The notes under the pieces were generated by a model, which was not told the DNA's origin, searched no databases, and saw nothing but the letters and a program-made list of their open reading frames with translations. 64,000 nucleotides of DNA, from the IMG/VR virus record IMGVR_UViG_3300045988_175036, positions 1-64,000 of that record, one strand, 5' to 3'. Positions within the stretch are counted from its first letter, which is position 1; the number at the start of each line of letters is the position of its first letter. This stretch comes from a virus. The translations under genes and the position numbers were made by a program. Positions 52,923 to 62,831 of this stretch are shown one piece after another.

Positions 52923-53338
52923 CAAATAATTTTCTCCTTTACATAATCTCCACTTTCATTCAAATAATAAACTGTCTTTATTCCTAGGTCTCGTATCAGT
53001 CGCGCGCACGCCGCGCAGGGTCTGCTACAGCCTCTTTCTCCATTTTTGTGTTCTCTATAAACATAGATATTGACTTTATCCCATTCAATATCTTTCCCAA
53101 TAAGAGGAGAAAGTGCAGCGACCTCTGCGTGTTCTCGCGCGATTGAATTCTCGTAGTCATCAAAATTTCGATAAATATTATAACGGTGCTGAAGAGGACG
53201 AGTCTTCTGACTATTACAAGCAGAAGAAAGAATCCTGTTGCCACTGACAACAACCGCGCCGACCTTTGTCTGCTTGAAATCAGATAAATAACTGACTTCA
53301 CGCGCGATATTGAAAAAGCGTTCTTCTTTGTGCGTCAT
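52922..53338 (-). CDS. deoxycytidylate (dCMP) deaminase
   Basis: Zinc-binding motifs HAEVAAL and CSRPCAACARLI. AAAGGGGA RBS and an ATG at 53338. Confidence 0.85.
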   Translation of the reverse strand: MTHKEERFFNIAREVSYLSDFKQTKVGAVVVSGNRILSSACNSQKTRPLQHRYNIYRNFDDYENSIAREHAEVAALSPLIGKDIEWDKVNIYVYREHKNGERGCSRPCAACARLIRDLGIKTVYYLNESGDYVKEKII

Positions 53339-53369
53339 CAAACTAGTCCCCTTTACTCTTTATAAAAAT

Positions 53370-53398
53370 ATTATATCAAAAATTTTAGTTTTTTTCAA
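53370..53398 (-). promoter_or_regulatory. sigma-A-type promoter with extended -10
   Basis: -35 TTGAAA 53393-53398, 17-nt spacer ending in TGA, -10 TATAAT 53370-53375. Confidence 0.55.
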
Positions 53399-53600
53399 AT
53401 TCTTGCTTTGCTTGTAGATAGCCATTTGTATATGCATCCTTCAATGCCTTTTGGACGTTAGTCCAGACACTAGGGAAAAGACGCATTATGACATAGGAAA
53501 ATTTTATTGGATAGTCAGTTGGATAGAGAAGCAAACTTTCTGAAAGTTTTGTAATCTTTTCTTTTGTTGTGGTGACTTCATTTATTTCTTTACTTTCCAT
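53385..53600 (-). CDS. hypothetical protein (71 aa)
   Basis: ORF with an RBS lying between the RNR and deaminase genes. Confidence 0.5.
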   Translation of the reverse strand: MESKEINEVTTTKEKITKLSESLLLYPTDYPIKFSYVIMRLFPSVWTNVQKALKDAYTNGYLQAKQEFEKN

Positions 53601-53611
53601 ATTATTCCTCT

Positions 53612-55840
53612 TTAGTTACAGTGAGAGTAACCGCATTCCTTACAGATATCGCAGCCGCCGCTATGCTCCAAAACCGCGTCGCACTCTGGACAACGCTCTC
53701 CGAACTTTTGTGATTTCTTTTTCTTTGGTTCCTCTAAATATCCCAATTCTTCTTGAACTTCTTTCCACATATCCATCAGTGCATTGCCTATTGCCATTGG
53801 GCAACACGCGCCCTTAGATGTATCATGCTTTGTGGCTGTCCTAATAGCATAACTAGGACAAGCACCAGTTGAATTGAGCTGGTCTTGAATATCATTTATG
53901 CTAACTCCAGCTCTACAGGCAAGAGAAACCATTCGAGATAATCCAACCATATAGTTGGAACATCCCCCCAAACTACCTTTTGTAAAGAACACTTCAACTA
54001 AATCACCATAAACTGGTTCAAAGAACCCAAGAACATGAGTTGAGCCGCAACCATTGATTATTTTTCTTTTCTTTCCAATCAAGTCGTCCGCACACTTCAT
54101 AATTTCTCCACGTTTTAATTCTTTATGAGAAATTTCTTCTTCTTTTTTATTTTCTGTAGTCAAAATGCCAAGGCGCTTACAACCATCTCTGAACATGGTA
54201 ATACCTTTACACCCAGACGACCAAGCAAGTAGATACATATGTGCAATATCATCTTTAGTTGCAGAATTTGGCATATTTACTGTAGAACTAATTGCTGTAT
54301 CAACATGTTTTTGCATTACAGCTTGTGTTAGCACTCTACTCTGCCAAGAGATATCAGCTGAACCGACAAAATAATCTGGTAGCTCTTTTGTATTATTTAT
54401 CTCCATATATTCGCGTGCTGCTTTACAATAAACATCGTAGTAGGCATCTTCTCCATCTGTCATGCCTACTGTTCTTCTTGTATATTTTAGCGCAAATTCT
54501 GGCTCACAACCACCACTTTCTCCTAGTAGAGTAGCTAATGAACCAGTTGGAGCAATTGAAACTAAACTACAATTTCTTAAGCCATATTCTTTTAGTTTAG
54601 TTATTTCATCAGGACTAAAATGAAATTTTATGATATCACTATCAAAAATTTCTTCTTTGTATTTTGGATACGGACCGAACTCTTTTGCCAATTCGTTGCT
54701 TGCAAGGACCGCGCGTCTAAAGATAAGAGAAAAGACATCATCAGTAAATTCAATAGCCTCTGGCGAGCCATATCGGAAGCCGAGCTTCATAAGGGCCGTT
54801 GCATAGCCAAAGATACCTAGGCCAATATTTCTATAGTTATAAGACATATCTCTTTGCTGTTGTAAAGGGTGTCTGTTATAATTTTCATCAATAAGTTTAT
54901 CAAGAGTTTTAATACCAACATCAATTGCCGATAGTAAGTCCGCTGTATTGAGGTGAGCTTGTGGTGTATAAGGGTTTACAATAAATTCAGAAAGATTCAG
55001 GGAAGATAGACAGCAAGCGCCATGTTTGGGGAGCGGTTGCTCGCCACAAGGATTACAAGTCTCAATCTCATAATCTTCATCGAATTGCATCAAATTATAA
55101 TTTCTAAATTTGTTGGTAAAGAGGCAAGCGGGGTCAGCCCAATCATAACAATTATCAACTAGCATTTTGAAAATTTCGATTGGGGTAACATCATATTCTA
55201 TTTCATGCCCGGAGTAGTTTCGCTTTTCGTGTAGTACTACAACTTCTCCAGTGTCATAATATTTCTCAACAGCTCGCATAAATTCGTCATCAAGTTCAAG
55301 AGACAAATTGGCTTTTTCAATTTCCCCTTCTTTTGACTTTATTTTTATAAAAGTCTCTGCTTCTTTATGCCGTGCGTCAATAGAAAGCATTAGCGCACCC
55401 TTGCGCGCACCTCCTTGTGAAGTTCCCGCTGTGACTTCATTGAAAATTTTCATAAAAGGAACAATTCCATCAGAATAGTATTCAGTTTTTATTGGAGTTC
55501 CCTTTGGGCGTAATTTTGTAAGAGAAATTCCTTGGCCGCCTTGTGCTTTGAAAGTAATGCCAATGTCTTTTGCGGCATCCATAATGTCGTAGTAATCATC
55601 TTCAATATACCCTCTTGAATAACAATTGAATAAACTGCCAGTATTATTAAGACCTCTATTTGCTAAAGTGCGCCCGCCCATCAAGAACTTTTTCTCGATA
55701 ATTAGTTTTCGTAATTCATTATCTCCTGCACTTACTCTATCTAGCCATTCTTCAAAACTTTCATTATTGTGTCGATATTTACGTTGCCAGATGTCTTGCG
55801 CGAGTTGATTATTTTCTCCAAGCCAATCCTTTACGGTCAT
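53612..55840 (-). CDS. nrdJ: class II (adenosylcobalamin-dependent) ribonucleotide reductase, NrdJ-like (742 aa)
   Basis: Active-site TCNPCGEQPLP, SIAPTGS, and a C-terminal CPEC...CDICKEC zinc module. GGAGG RBS before the ATG at 55840. Confidence 0.8.
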   Translation of the reverse strand: MTVKDWLGENNQLAQDIWQRKYRHNNESFEEWLDRVSAGDNELRKLIIEKKFLMGGRTLANRGLNNTGSLFNCYSRGYIEDDYYDIMDAAKDIGITFKAQGGQGISLTKLRPKGTPIKTEYYSDGIVPFMKIFNEVTAGTSQGGARKGALMLSIDARHKEAETFIKIKSKEGEIEKANLSLELDDEFMRAVEKYYDTGEVVVLHEKRNYSGHEIEYDVTPIEIFKMLVDNCYDWADPACLFTNKFRNYNLMQFDEDYEIETCNPCGEQPLPKHGACCLSSLNLSEFIVNPYTPQAHLNTADLLSAIDVGIKTLDKLIDENYNRHPLQQQRDMSYNYRNIGLGIFGYATALMKLGFRYGSPEAIEFTDDVFSLIFRRAVLASNELAKEFGPYPKYKEEIFDSDIIKFHFSPDEITKLKEYGLRNCSLVSIAPTGSLATLLGESGGCEPEFALKYTRRTVGMTDGEDAYYDVYCKAAREYMEINNTKELPDYFVGSADISWQSRVLTQAVMQKHVDTAISSTVNMPNSATKDDIAHMYLLAWSSGCKGITMFRDGCKRLGILTTENKKEEEISHKELKRGEIMKCADDLIGKKRKIINGCGSTHVLGFFEPVYGDLVEVFFTKGSLGGCSNYMVGLSRMVSLACRAGVSINDIQDQLNSTGACPSYAIRTATKHDTSKGACCPMAIGNALMDMWKEVQEELGYLEEPKKKKSQKFGERCPECDAVLEHSGGCDICKECGYSHCN

Positions 55841-56031
55841 TCTTTTTCCTCCGTGTAACAATATTCACAATAGCCATTTATAAAATTGTGCTGACATTGT
55901 GCTTGAAGTTTTTTATTTTCTTCTAATAATTTAGCAACAGTATTATTTAGGGTGAATTTATTTGGTGTTACTAGCTGTTCAATAATACTATTATTTTCAT
56001 CTATTTTTTGTTTTATTTCTAAATTAGTCAT
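55837..56031 (-). CDS. hypothetical protein (64 aa)
   Basis: Translationally coupled (ATGA). C-terminal C..x10..CEYC. Confidence 0.5.
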   Translation of the reverse strand: MTNLEIKQKIDENNSIIEQLVTPNKFTLNNTVAKLLEENKKLQAQCQHNFINGYCEYCYTEEKE

Positions 56032-57160
56032 TTATAAACATCTCCTTTTCATAATGGACAGAGATTGTCTCGTAGAACATCTTGAAAAGTTCATAATTCT
56101 TTTCACGAATATATATAAAGCTTTTCCGATTTTCCTCAAGGGAAGTCTTTGGAGAGAGAGATTTCTCTGTAAAAATTGGACCAGAATTATACTGAGATTT
56201 TGCTTTTAGGTAATAATATAATGTGGTCAGTTTTCTATCTTGGCTTTTTTGAAAAAATTCATTCCAAAGTCGAAAAAGGTTTTCTAACTCTTGTGAAAAT
56301 GGAGATTCTCTACCAAGAGTAAGTAGAAAATTTATCTTATGAGTAGATAAGTATAAACACTGTCTGTATACAATAGGTAGTGTTTCTAGGATTTGCTCAT
56401 CACAAGATGTTGTGGAAAACGGATTATATATAATTTTCCGCGCAGTTCTAGCAGGAATATCATCACATAGTTCTTTTACCATTTTATCAGGCATCAGGTC
56501 TTCATATTGAACTTGGAAAATACCTGAAAGAGGTGGAAGACTAAGCCATTCATAGAGTTCTTCTTTTGTGCTTACAGTTGGCGGAAATTTCATCCCAATT
56601 GGCAACACGTGAATTTTTTCAGGATTATTTACACCAAAACGAGAATTAGATAACTCTTTCAGGAAACTAACGGCTCCTTCAACTTGTCCAAGGTTATAAT
56701 CATGAAGAATAATACCTGATGTTTTTGGAAAAATCTGTGCTTTGAGTTGCTTTTCCACAAAGCTATCAATACCATGGCCTTCACGCGAAAGACGTCCATG
56801 TCCTGCGCGTAAAATCCTCTTAAAAGTAGCCTTATCTACTCCGAAGTAACTTTCATATTTTTCATACGGAGAAAAATCAGGGACAATACTTTCAATTTCT
56901 TTTGAAAAAGGAACATAATTTTCTAATGATACCGCGCGACCACCATATCCTACATTAGGTAAAAAAAGTTCTTTTGGATACAATCTATCCTCGTAATCTT
57001 TTCTTACAAAAAAAGAATTATAGCGTTCTGGCTCCAAAGTAGGAGCCAAAAGCGTTATATCTCTTTTCTTCTTGTAGTAGGCAAGAAGCTTCGCACACTC
57101 AAGATTTGGCATTACATTCCAATAATGAAAAAAATCATAATCATGAATTCCAACTATCAT
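56024..57160 (-). CDS. hypothetical protein (378 aa)
   Basis: Long ORF translationally coupled between the polymerase and RNR genes. No motif recognised by eye. Confidence 0.6.
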   Translation of the reverse strand: MIVGIHDYDFFHYWNVMPNLECAKLLAYYKKKRDITLLAPTLEPERYNSFFVRKDYEDRLYPKELFLPNVGYGGRAVSLENYVPFSKEIESIVPDFSPYEKYESYFGVDKATFKRILRAGHGRLSREGHGIDSFVEKQLKAQIFPKTSGIILHDYNLGQVEGAVSFLKELSNSRFGVNNPEKIHVLPIGMKFPPTVSTKEELYEWLSLPPLSGIFQVQYEDLMPDKMVKELCDDIPARTARKIIYNPFSTTSCDEQILETLPIVYRQCLYLSTHKINFLLTLGRESPFSQELENLFRLWNEFFQKSQDRKLTTLYYYLKAKSQYNSGPIFTEKSLSPKTSLEENRKSFIYIREKNYELFKMFYETISVHYEKEMFIND

Positions 57161-60100
57161 TCATCTAACTCCAACCTTGGGCGCATTTTTATTTTACCAT
57201 CTGGATAAACTTCTTCAATCAATTCACAAAGATGGTAGGGGGTTGCTTTATATTTTTTCGCGCGGAAGCTATCACCATCACGAATTCCACACACTACAAT
57301 TTTGTTTCCACGTGCAAAAGTAGATTTTTCTTTGACGTGTTTCTTGCCATCCACACCTTTTTCAGAAATTTGGCGATCATAGATATTGAAGACTTCACCA
57401 AAAATCTTTACTGTAACAACCCCATCTGGCGTCAAAAGTGTCACTAATTTCTTCATCTTATCACGGTCAAGAACGGTTCCATAGATACGATGAATTTTGA
57501 AGATTGGAACACGTTTACCCTTGATTTCAAAAACTCGCTCAATCTCTGGTTCTTCTGCTAAGTCAAAGAAGTTCGAGAAGCCATAATATGTGTTATCGAC
57601 ATGTGCGAGTTCGTGTTCATGGAAATAACAAGAAACGCTGTCCATTTCCCATTTACTTATATTTCCAAGGCAATACTTATTCCACACATCTTCTGTCAAT
57701 CGACTATTTACAGAAGAAAGAAGTTTTTGATTATTCTCTTTGACGTAGGGACGAATTCTATCCATTACTTCATCATAGATTTTTTTCCACGTGATTTGCT
57801 TTATGCCAAAGCCACTTTCCGCGCGAGCGTCCTCAACCAGCTTGTCGATTGAGAAGTTCTTATCAAAGAAAACCATCGCAATGTTATCTAAAAGGAATAA
57901 ATCATCTACTTTGGATGTCTTTAGATATTTGTTGAAGTTGAAGACCCGGCGAACAAAATCGTATTCGCTTGGAATAAGTCCAAAATCAATCAACATTTTC
58001 ATATTTTGGAGAGTAATACGTTTCTTTGCGTCGCTAATAAGGTTGATATATTCGTGCATCACTTGTTCGCGTTGGCCGAAACTGTCGAAAGCGCCGCACT
58101 TTATGAGATTTACCATTTGAGGCTTGTTGATTTTTACTTTTGAGAGGAAGTCTGGGATTGAAGTGTAAGGACGATTTTCGATTATTTGTTTTACAATATC
58201 TTGACCGATTTTTGTAATACCATTCATACCAAAACGAATAATTGAATTTTCAACATCTGGAGAAAATGTAAAAGTGGATTTATTTATATCTGGTGGAGCA
58301 ACTGTAATTCCAGCTGCTTGCATTTTTCCAAGCGCCGCGGCAATTTTACCGTAATTACTTACTTTTACTTTTTTCTTCTTTTTAGTTGTTAAGACTTTAT
58401 TGACTTCAGTATCATCTTCTTCATCTTCTTCATCGTCATCATCGAATTCTTCTATGCAATCAGTATATTTTTCTATTGTGAACGTGTCCTCTTCTTCATT
58501 TCCATCGTTATCATCACCCTGTTGTTCATTGCCACCACTGTCACTAATTAAGCAAGCACAATTCCAAAAAATAATTGGAAAGCGATAAGCCAAATTCATT
58601 TCTTGCAAAGCCACAAGAGAATATGAAAGGGTGTGCGCACGACAAAATGAGTAACCACGCTGAACACGAAGTAAAATGTCCCAGACATAATGAACAAGTT
58701 TCATATCACATTTTTTTTCTTGAGCATTTTCAAAATAAGCCTTTTCACATTCGTCAAAAAGCTTACCTTGTTTTTTTGCAATTGCCTTACGGCATTTGTC
58801 TGCAAAGGTCAGACTATTACCACCAAGTTGTTCTTCTTGTAGAAGCTGCATCATTCCTTCTTGACTTTCACAAATACCATCGGTAATAGCGTTGTGCGAC
58901 ATTAGCCAATCAATATTGACCTGACTTAGGCCATACGTGCACATCTCTCGTTCCCATTCTATGATATTGGAACGATATCTGGCCCACATATCAAGAGGTT
59001 GTTCTGCACCCTTTTCAGGAGCCATGAGACGAATAACTGAATTCAAAACCGCTAATTCACTGACACTTTTTGGATGCGTTAGCGCGATACCATTGATACC
59101 ACTTTGTTTTTCCATTTGAAAAAGACTGGTAATTTTATGCTCCCAAACCATTTGCCACATTTTTGGGGCGGTGCGCTCAAGATTATAAATTCCAATGATT
59201 TTCTCATAGGTTTCTCGTAATGTTGCTTCTGGTTTTATATAGCCATATTCTACTAATAAATCTAACTCATTATGAATTTTATCAAGGGCTTCAATAGAGA
59301 GCATGTCAATTTTAATGAGTGATACATCCTCGCAATCATGTAACTCAAAAGCAGTAATAATCGTACCATCTGGCGCGCGCATTAGAGCCGTAGAATTAGT
59401 GAAAGGTTCATCAACAAAAATTACTCCGCCAGCATGTATTCCAACTCCACAAATCAGTCCTTCAATTTTAGAAGCTACTGCCCAAACTTCTGGATAATTT
59501 TCCGTCATTTCAAAAACAAATTGTTTGATTGGCTTGAAGTCCTTCTCTTCGTCACCATTCATGCATTGTGATAAAGACCGTAACTGGCCGCGGTCGGATG
59601 GAATTAGTCCAGCTAGATAAGAAGCAATATCAACCTCAATATTGAGGCCGCGACAGGCAGTTAGAATAGCAGACTTGGATTTTTCGGTTTTGAAGGTTGC
59701 CACATTAGACACTCTGTCTTCGCCATAAAAGTCTCGAAACTTTTGAAGGACTTGTGCACGCTTACTTCCTTCGATATCTGTATCACAGTCAAGAACCGAA
59801 GCTCGATCAGGGTTCAAAAAGCGCCAATGGAATACTTTCGTCTCTTCAAGAAGCGGGTTTATTTGAGTAATTCCAAGTACGTATAGTAGAATAAATCCTG
59901 CACCAGAACCCCGCCCTGGCCCAACAAGAGAACCAGCCTCCCAGCACAAATCAATATTTTTTTGAAGATTTAGATAATATGCAGACCAATGAGCATTATT
60001 TTTGATAGAAGAACGCCAAGTATCATCGAGACACACATTTATTTCTTTATAAGCCTCATCCGTTTGAAGCCCGCGTCGAGATTTTATACCATCAATAACT

Positions 60101-61155
60101 GCCCAAACAAGATGTCTATCACCAATATAATTAGAATTATAAAAAGTTTCAAGAAGTGGGATTTTATTTTTATAGAAAAGATATTCATCTTTATTTTGTG
60201 GATACTTGTACCACTCTAATTCTGGAATTCTTAGAGGTTTTAGTAGGCTATAATCTTCACAGGTTTCTCTAATCTTAAGGATATTTCTATATGCTTTTTC
60301 TAATTGTTCCCTTGAAAAATATCCAAAATAACTTTCAAGTTCTTCCGTATTCATCATATACGTAGACACGTAAAAGTCATCAACTTCACGGTCGCCATTT
60401 TGAGCATTTAGATATGCTTTATGGATAGTGCGGTCTTCTTTCTTTAGGTAATGACTATCAGTTGTAATAATATAGGGGATGTCTAATTCTTCTGAAAGTT
60501 CAAAGAGTCGTTGATTTACATAGACTTGATCTTTATTATGGCTTGGTTGCATTTCAAAGAAAAAATTACCATGTCCAAATAAGTTATCTAATTGACTAAT
60601 CCAATTATAAATTTTTGGTAACAACTCTGGTTCAGTCTTCGCACGAAGGAGTTGAGTAGGAAGACAGCCACCCAAACACGCTGATGAACCAATAATATGT
60701 CCTGGGTTAGCACCAATTATCTCAAATAAATCGCTATAATAAGTCGGAACACGTCTCATGCCTCGCGCCGTATAGCTACGAAGCCAAGCACGCGTAGAAA
60801 GTTCACGGATTTGTTGGTGACCAATTGCATCTTTTGCAAGAAGAATAAAGTGATAATATTTGTCTTGACCTGCTTTATAATTAGAAGCATTGAGGCCATT
60901 GCGGCAAAGATAAATCTCATTTCCTAGAATAAGCTTAAAATCAGGATTCTTTTCTTTTACCTTTCGATAATATTTCTCAGCGCGAACTGCGCCAGAGACG
61001 GTTTCATGGTCAGTAATGGCTACTACTTGATGTCCTAGTTCAATTGCATAATCAATCAAATCTTCAGTCTTAATGATACAGTCACGAAGACGTTCATTTG
61101 ACCAGTCAAGATGATTATGTAGAGAACCAGGGTACTTTAGTTTTCGTTCGTCCAT
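57157..61155 (-). CDS. dnaE: DNA polymerase III alpha subunit-like replicative polymerase (DnaE-type, 1332 aa)
   Basis: N-terminal PHP domain (SLHNHLDWS, VAITDHE). Size and layout fit a C-family polymerase. An internal acidic insertion plus Lys run is present. Confidence 0.85.
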   Translation of the reverse strand: MDERKLKYPGSLHNHLDWSNERLRDCIIKTEDLIDYAIELGHQVVAITDHETVSGAVRAEKYYRKVKEKNPDFKLILGNEIYLCRNGLNASNYKAGQDKYYHFILLAKDAIGHQQIRELSTRAWLRSYTARGMRRVPTYYSDLFEIIGANPGHIIGSSACLGGCLPTQLLRAKTEPELLPKIYNWISQLDNLFGHGNFFFEMQPSHNKDQVYVNQRLFELSEELDIPYIITTDSHYLKKEDRTIHKAYLNAQNGDREVDDFYVSTYMMNTEELESYFGYFSREQLEKAYRNILKIRETCEDYSLLKPLRIPELEWYKYPQNKDEYLFYKNKIPLLETFYNSNYIGDRHLVWAVIDGIKSRRGLQTDEAYKEINVCLDDTWRSSIKNNAHWSAYYLNLQKNIDLCWEAGSLVGPGRGSGAGFILLYVLGITQINPLLEETKVFHWRFLNPDRASVLDCDTDIEGSKRAQVLQKFRDFYGEDRVSNVATFKTEKSKSAILTACRGLNIEVDIASYLAGLIPSDRGQLRSLSQCMNGDEEKDFKPIKQFVFEMTENYPEVWAVASKIEGLICGVGIHAGGVIFVDEPFTNSTALMRAPDGTIITAFELHDCEDVSLIKIDMLSIEALDKIHNELDLLVEYGYIKPEATLRETYEKIIGIYNLERTAPKMWQMVWEHKITSLFQMEKQSGINGIALTHPKSVSELAVLNSVIRLMAPEKGAEQPLDMWARYRSNIIEWEREMCTYGLSQVNIDWLMSHNAITDGICESQEGMMQLLQEEQLGGNSLTFADKCRKAIAKKQGKLFDECEKAYFENAQEKKCDMKLVHYVWDILLRVQRGYSFCRAHTLSYSLVALQEMNLAYRFPIIFWNCACLISDSGGNEQQGDDNDGNEEEDTFTIEKYTDCIEEFDDDDEEDEEDDTEVNKVLTTKKKKKVKVSNYGKIAAALGKMQAAGITVAPPDINKSTFTFSPDVENSIIRFGMNGITKIGQDIVKQIIENRPYTSIPDFLSKVKINKPQMVNLIKCGAFDSFGQREQVMHEYINLISDAKKRITLQNMKMLIDFGLIPSEYDFVRRVFNFNKYLKTSKVDDLFLLDNIAMVFFDKNFSIDKLVEDARAESGFGIKQITWKKIYDEVMDRIRPYVKENNQKLLSSVNSRLTEDVWNKYCLGNISKWEMDSVSCYFHEHELAHVDNTYYGFSNFFDLAEEPEIERVFEIKGKRVPIFKIHRIYGTVLDRDKMKKLVTLLTPDGVVTVKIFGEVFNIYDRQISEKGVDGKKHVKEKSTFARGNKIVVCGIRDGDSFRAKKYKATPYHLCELIEEVYPDGKIKMRPRLELDE

Positions 61156-61169
61156 TCTCTTCCTCCTTT

Positions 61170-61463
61170 TTATTCGCCAATTATATGGAAAGTTTTATCT
61201 GGAAATACCTTCTTTATTCTAACCCTATCATCATGTTCGGCCACGTCAAAAAAGCTCCATCCCTTATGTAAGCTCATTATTCCTACAATTCTCCATGGTT
61301 CTTCATCAATTAAATAATAAAGTTCGTCTATTTGAATTTTTTTATAGATATTTTCGTCTTCAAAAAGAATATAATTTTCAATTTCTTCTAAAGATTGAAG
61401 AGTATTAGGGAGTGAAGCAACTAATTCTTTTGTAAAATTTTCAATTTTATAAATTTTTATCAT
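61170..61463 (-). CDS. hypothetical protein (97 aa)
   Basis: GGGAGA RBS; start overlaps the end of the upstream methyltransferase gene. Confidence 0.5.
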   Translation of the reverse strand: MIKIYKIENFTKELVASLPNTLQSLEEIENYILFEDENIYKKIQIDELYYLIDEEPWRIVGIMSLHKGWSFFDVAEHDDRVRIKKVFPDKTFHIIGE

Positions 61464-62253
61464 TTTCTTTCTCCCATTGTTCTTTTAGCCATTTGCGGAG
61501 TCTCCATGCAGGCAAATTTGGCGAAGCAACACATTGAAGTAAATTTTTATAATTACATTCTTTTAGCTTTTTTTCTAACCACTCTTTTATATTATCGTCA
61601 CATCTAAAAACTATTTCATTAGGACAGGTTTCACCTTCATCCAATAGCTTTATTGTCCCCCAAGCGGAAACACGGAAGTCCCAAGGATAATTTAATATAT
61701 CATCTGGGTGCTTATATTTACCAGTCCGAAAGATATGCCTGCATTCTAAAATTCCTGAAATGTCATAATTTTGTTTATGTCCATTCTTACAATAATGATA
61801 TATATTCAAGCAACAATGAATTTTTCTTCCGCTATAAGGTAAAATTCCTAAGTCTTCACTATATAATAGTTCAGTGTCTTTCATTGTTCTATTTTGATTT
61901 AATTGACTAATTGGCTGAATGAGTGAAATATATGGCGAATGAGTTAAAGAAGCCTTTATAAATTGAACAGAAAGTTTATTAGCTCTACCAAAAGGGGGGT
62001 TGCCAATCACAAGAGATTTTTCTTCATAAGGGAGTTTTATATCTCTATAATCAGCTTGAATAATATTTGGGCCTTCAGGCAAAATATCATAAGCTAATGT
62101 GTTATTTGGCAAATAAGCCAGATATGCCCCAGCTCCTGCTGATGGCTCAATAATTCTGTCCCAATCTGTTCCAAGAATTTCAAAAGTTTTTTCAACGCAG
62201 TACTTGGCTATACTATTTTCAGTATAATATTTATCATTTGCAATTTTTCCCAT
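61447..62253 (-). CDS. N6-adenine DNA methyltransferase (268 aa)
   Basis: DKYYT, motif I IIEPSAGAGAY and motif IV IGNPPFG. Confidence 0.75.
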   Translation of the reverse strand: MGKIANDKYYTENSIAKYCVEKTFEILGTDWDRIIEPSAGAGAYLAYLPNNTLAYDILPEGPNIIQADYRDIKLPYEEKSLVIGNPPFGRANKLSVQFIKASLTHSPYISLIQPISQLNQNRTMKDTELLYSEDLGILPYSGRKIHCCLNIYHYCKNGHKQNYDISGILECRHIFRTGKYKHPDDILNYPWDFRVSAWGTIKLLDEGETCPNEIVFRCDDNIKEWLEKKLKECNYKNLLQCVASPNLPAWRLRKWLKEQWEKENDKNL

Positions 62254-62254
62254 A

Positions 62255-62770
62255 TCATACCTCTAAGAATTTATTTAGCTCGGAAAAAGTCATAAAACGG
62301 TATTTAGAAAAAGATTGTTTATTTTTCTTGGTTGAGCCAGAAATTGTATAACAGCTTTCTTCTATCCTAGAATGTTGTTTACTTTTAGAAAATAATTGTT
62401 CATTTATAATATCTCTACTAGGAATAAAAAATATCTCTTCTCCGCCATTTTCAGTATCATAATTAACGAAAAGAAAATATTCACACTCATATGGATGACA
62501 TTGATTATAAGTAATTGTTTTCAACGGCAGCCGAGCAGATTTGACCTCTACTCTACCATATTTTTCAGAAAACATATCATGACCAGCGGAGTTATCTTTT
62601 CTCAGAGCTGGAACTTGGCTAAGAATATACGGCTCGCTCCATTCTTCACCAAAGGCTTTATTGGATAAACTTTTTAAGTTTCCATAAGGATTTAATTCTG
62701 AAATTCTTTTTTCACATTCTGCAATAATTTGTCTCAATTCTGAGACAGAAGTAATTTTTGATAAATCCAT
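62255..62770 (-). CDS. PD-(D/E)xK nuclease-like protein (171 aa)
   Basis: GHDMFSEKYGRVEVKSAR fits D-x10-E-x-K. Sits directly upstream of the methyltransferase with a 1-nt gap. Confidence 0.45.
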   Translation of the reverse strand: MDLSKITSVSELRQIIAECEKRISELNPYGNLKSLSNKAFGEEWSEPYILSQVPALRKDNSAGHDMFSEKYGRVEVKSARLPLKTITYNQCHPYECEYFLFVNYDTENGGEEIFFIPSRDIINEQLFSKSKQHSRIEESCYTISGSTKKNKQSFSKYRFMTFSELNKFLEV

Positions 62771-62802
62771 AAGAAAATTTCCTTTCCAATTTCTTTATTT
62801 CT

Positions 62803-62831
62803 ATTATATCACAATTTTCTCTAAAAAGCAA
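62803..62831 (-). promoter_or_regulatory. sigma-A-type promoter with extended -10
   Basis: -35 TTGCTT 62826-62831, 17-nt spacer ending in TGTGA, -10 TATAAT 62803-62808. Confidence 0.5.

Noticed and set aside
53612-61155. Inteins or introns in the RNR and DnaE-type polymerase genes
   Set aside because: Both reading frames are continuous. No intron core motifs or intein block signatures (Cys/Ser...HN-Cys/Ser/Thr) were seen. The DnaE low-complexity insertion lacks such boundaries.
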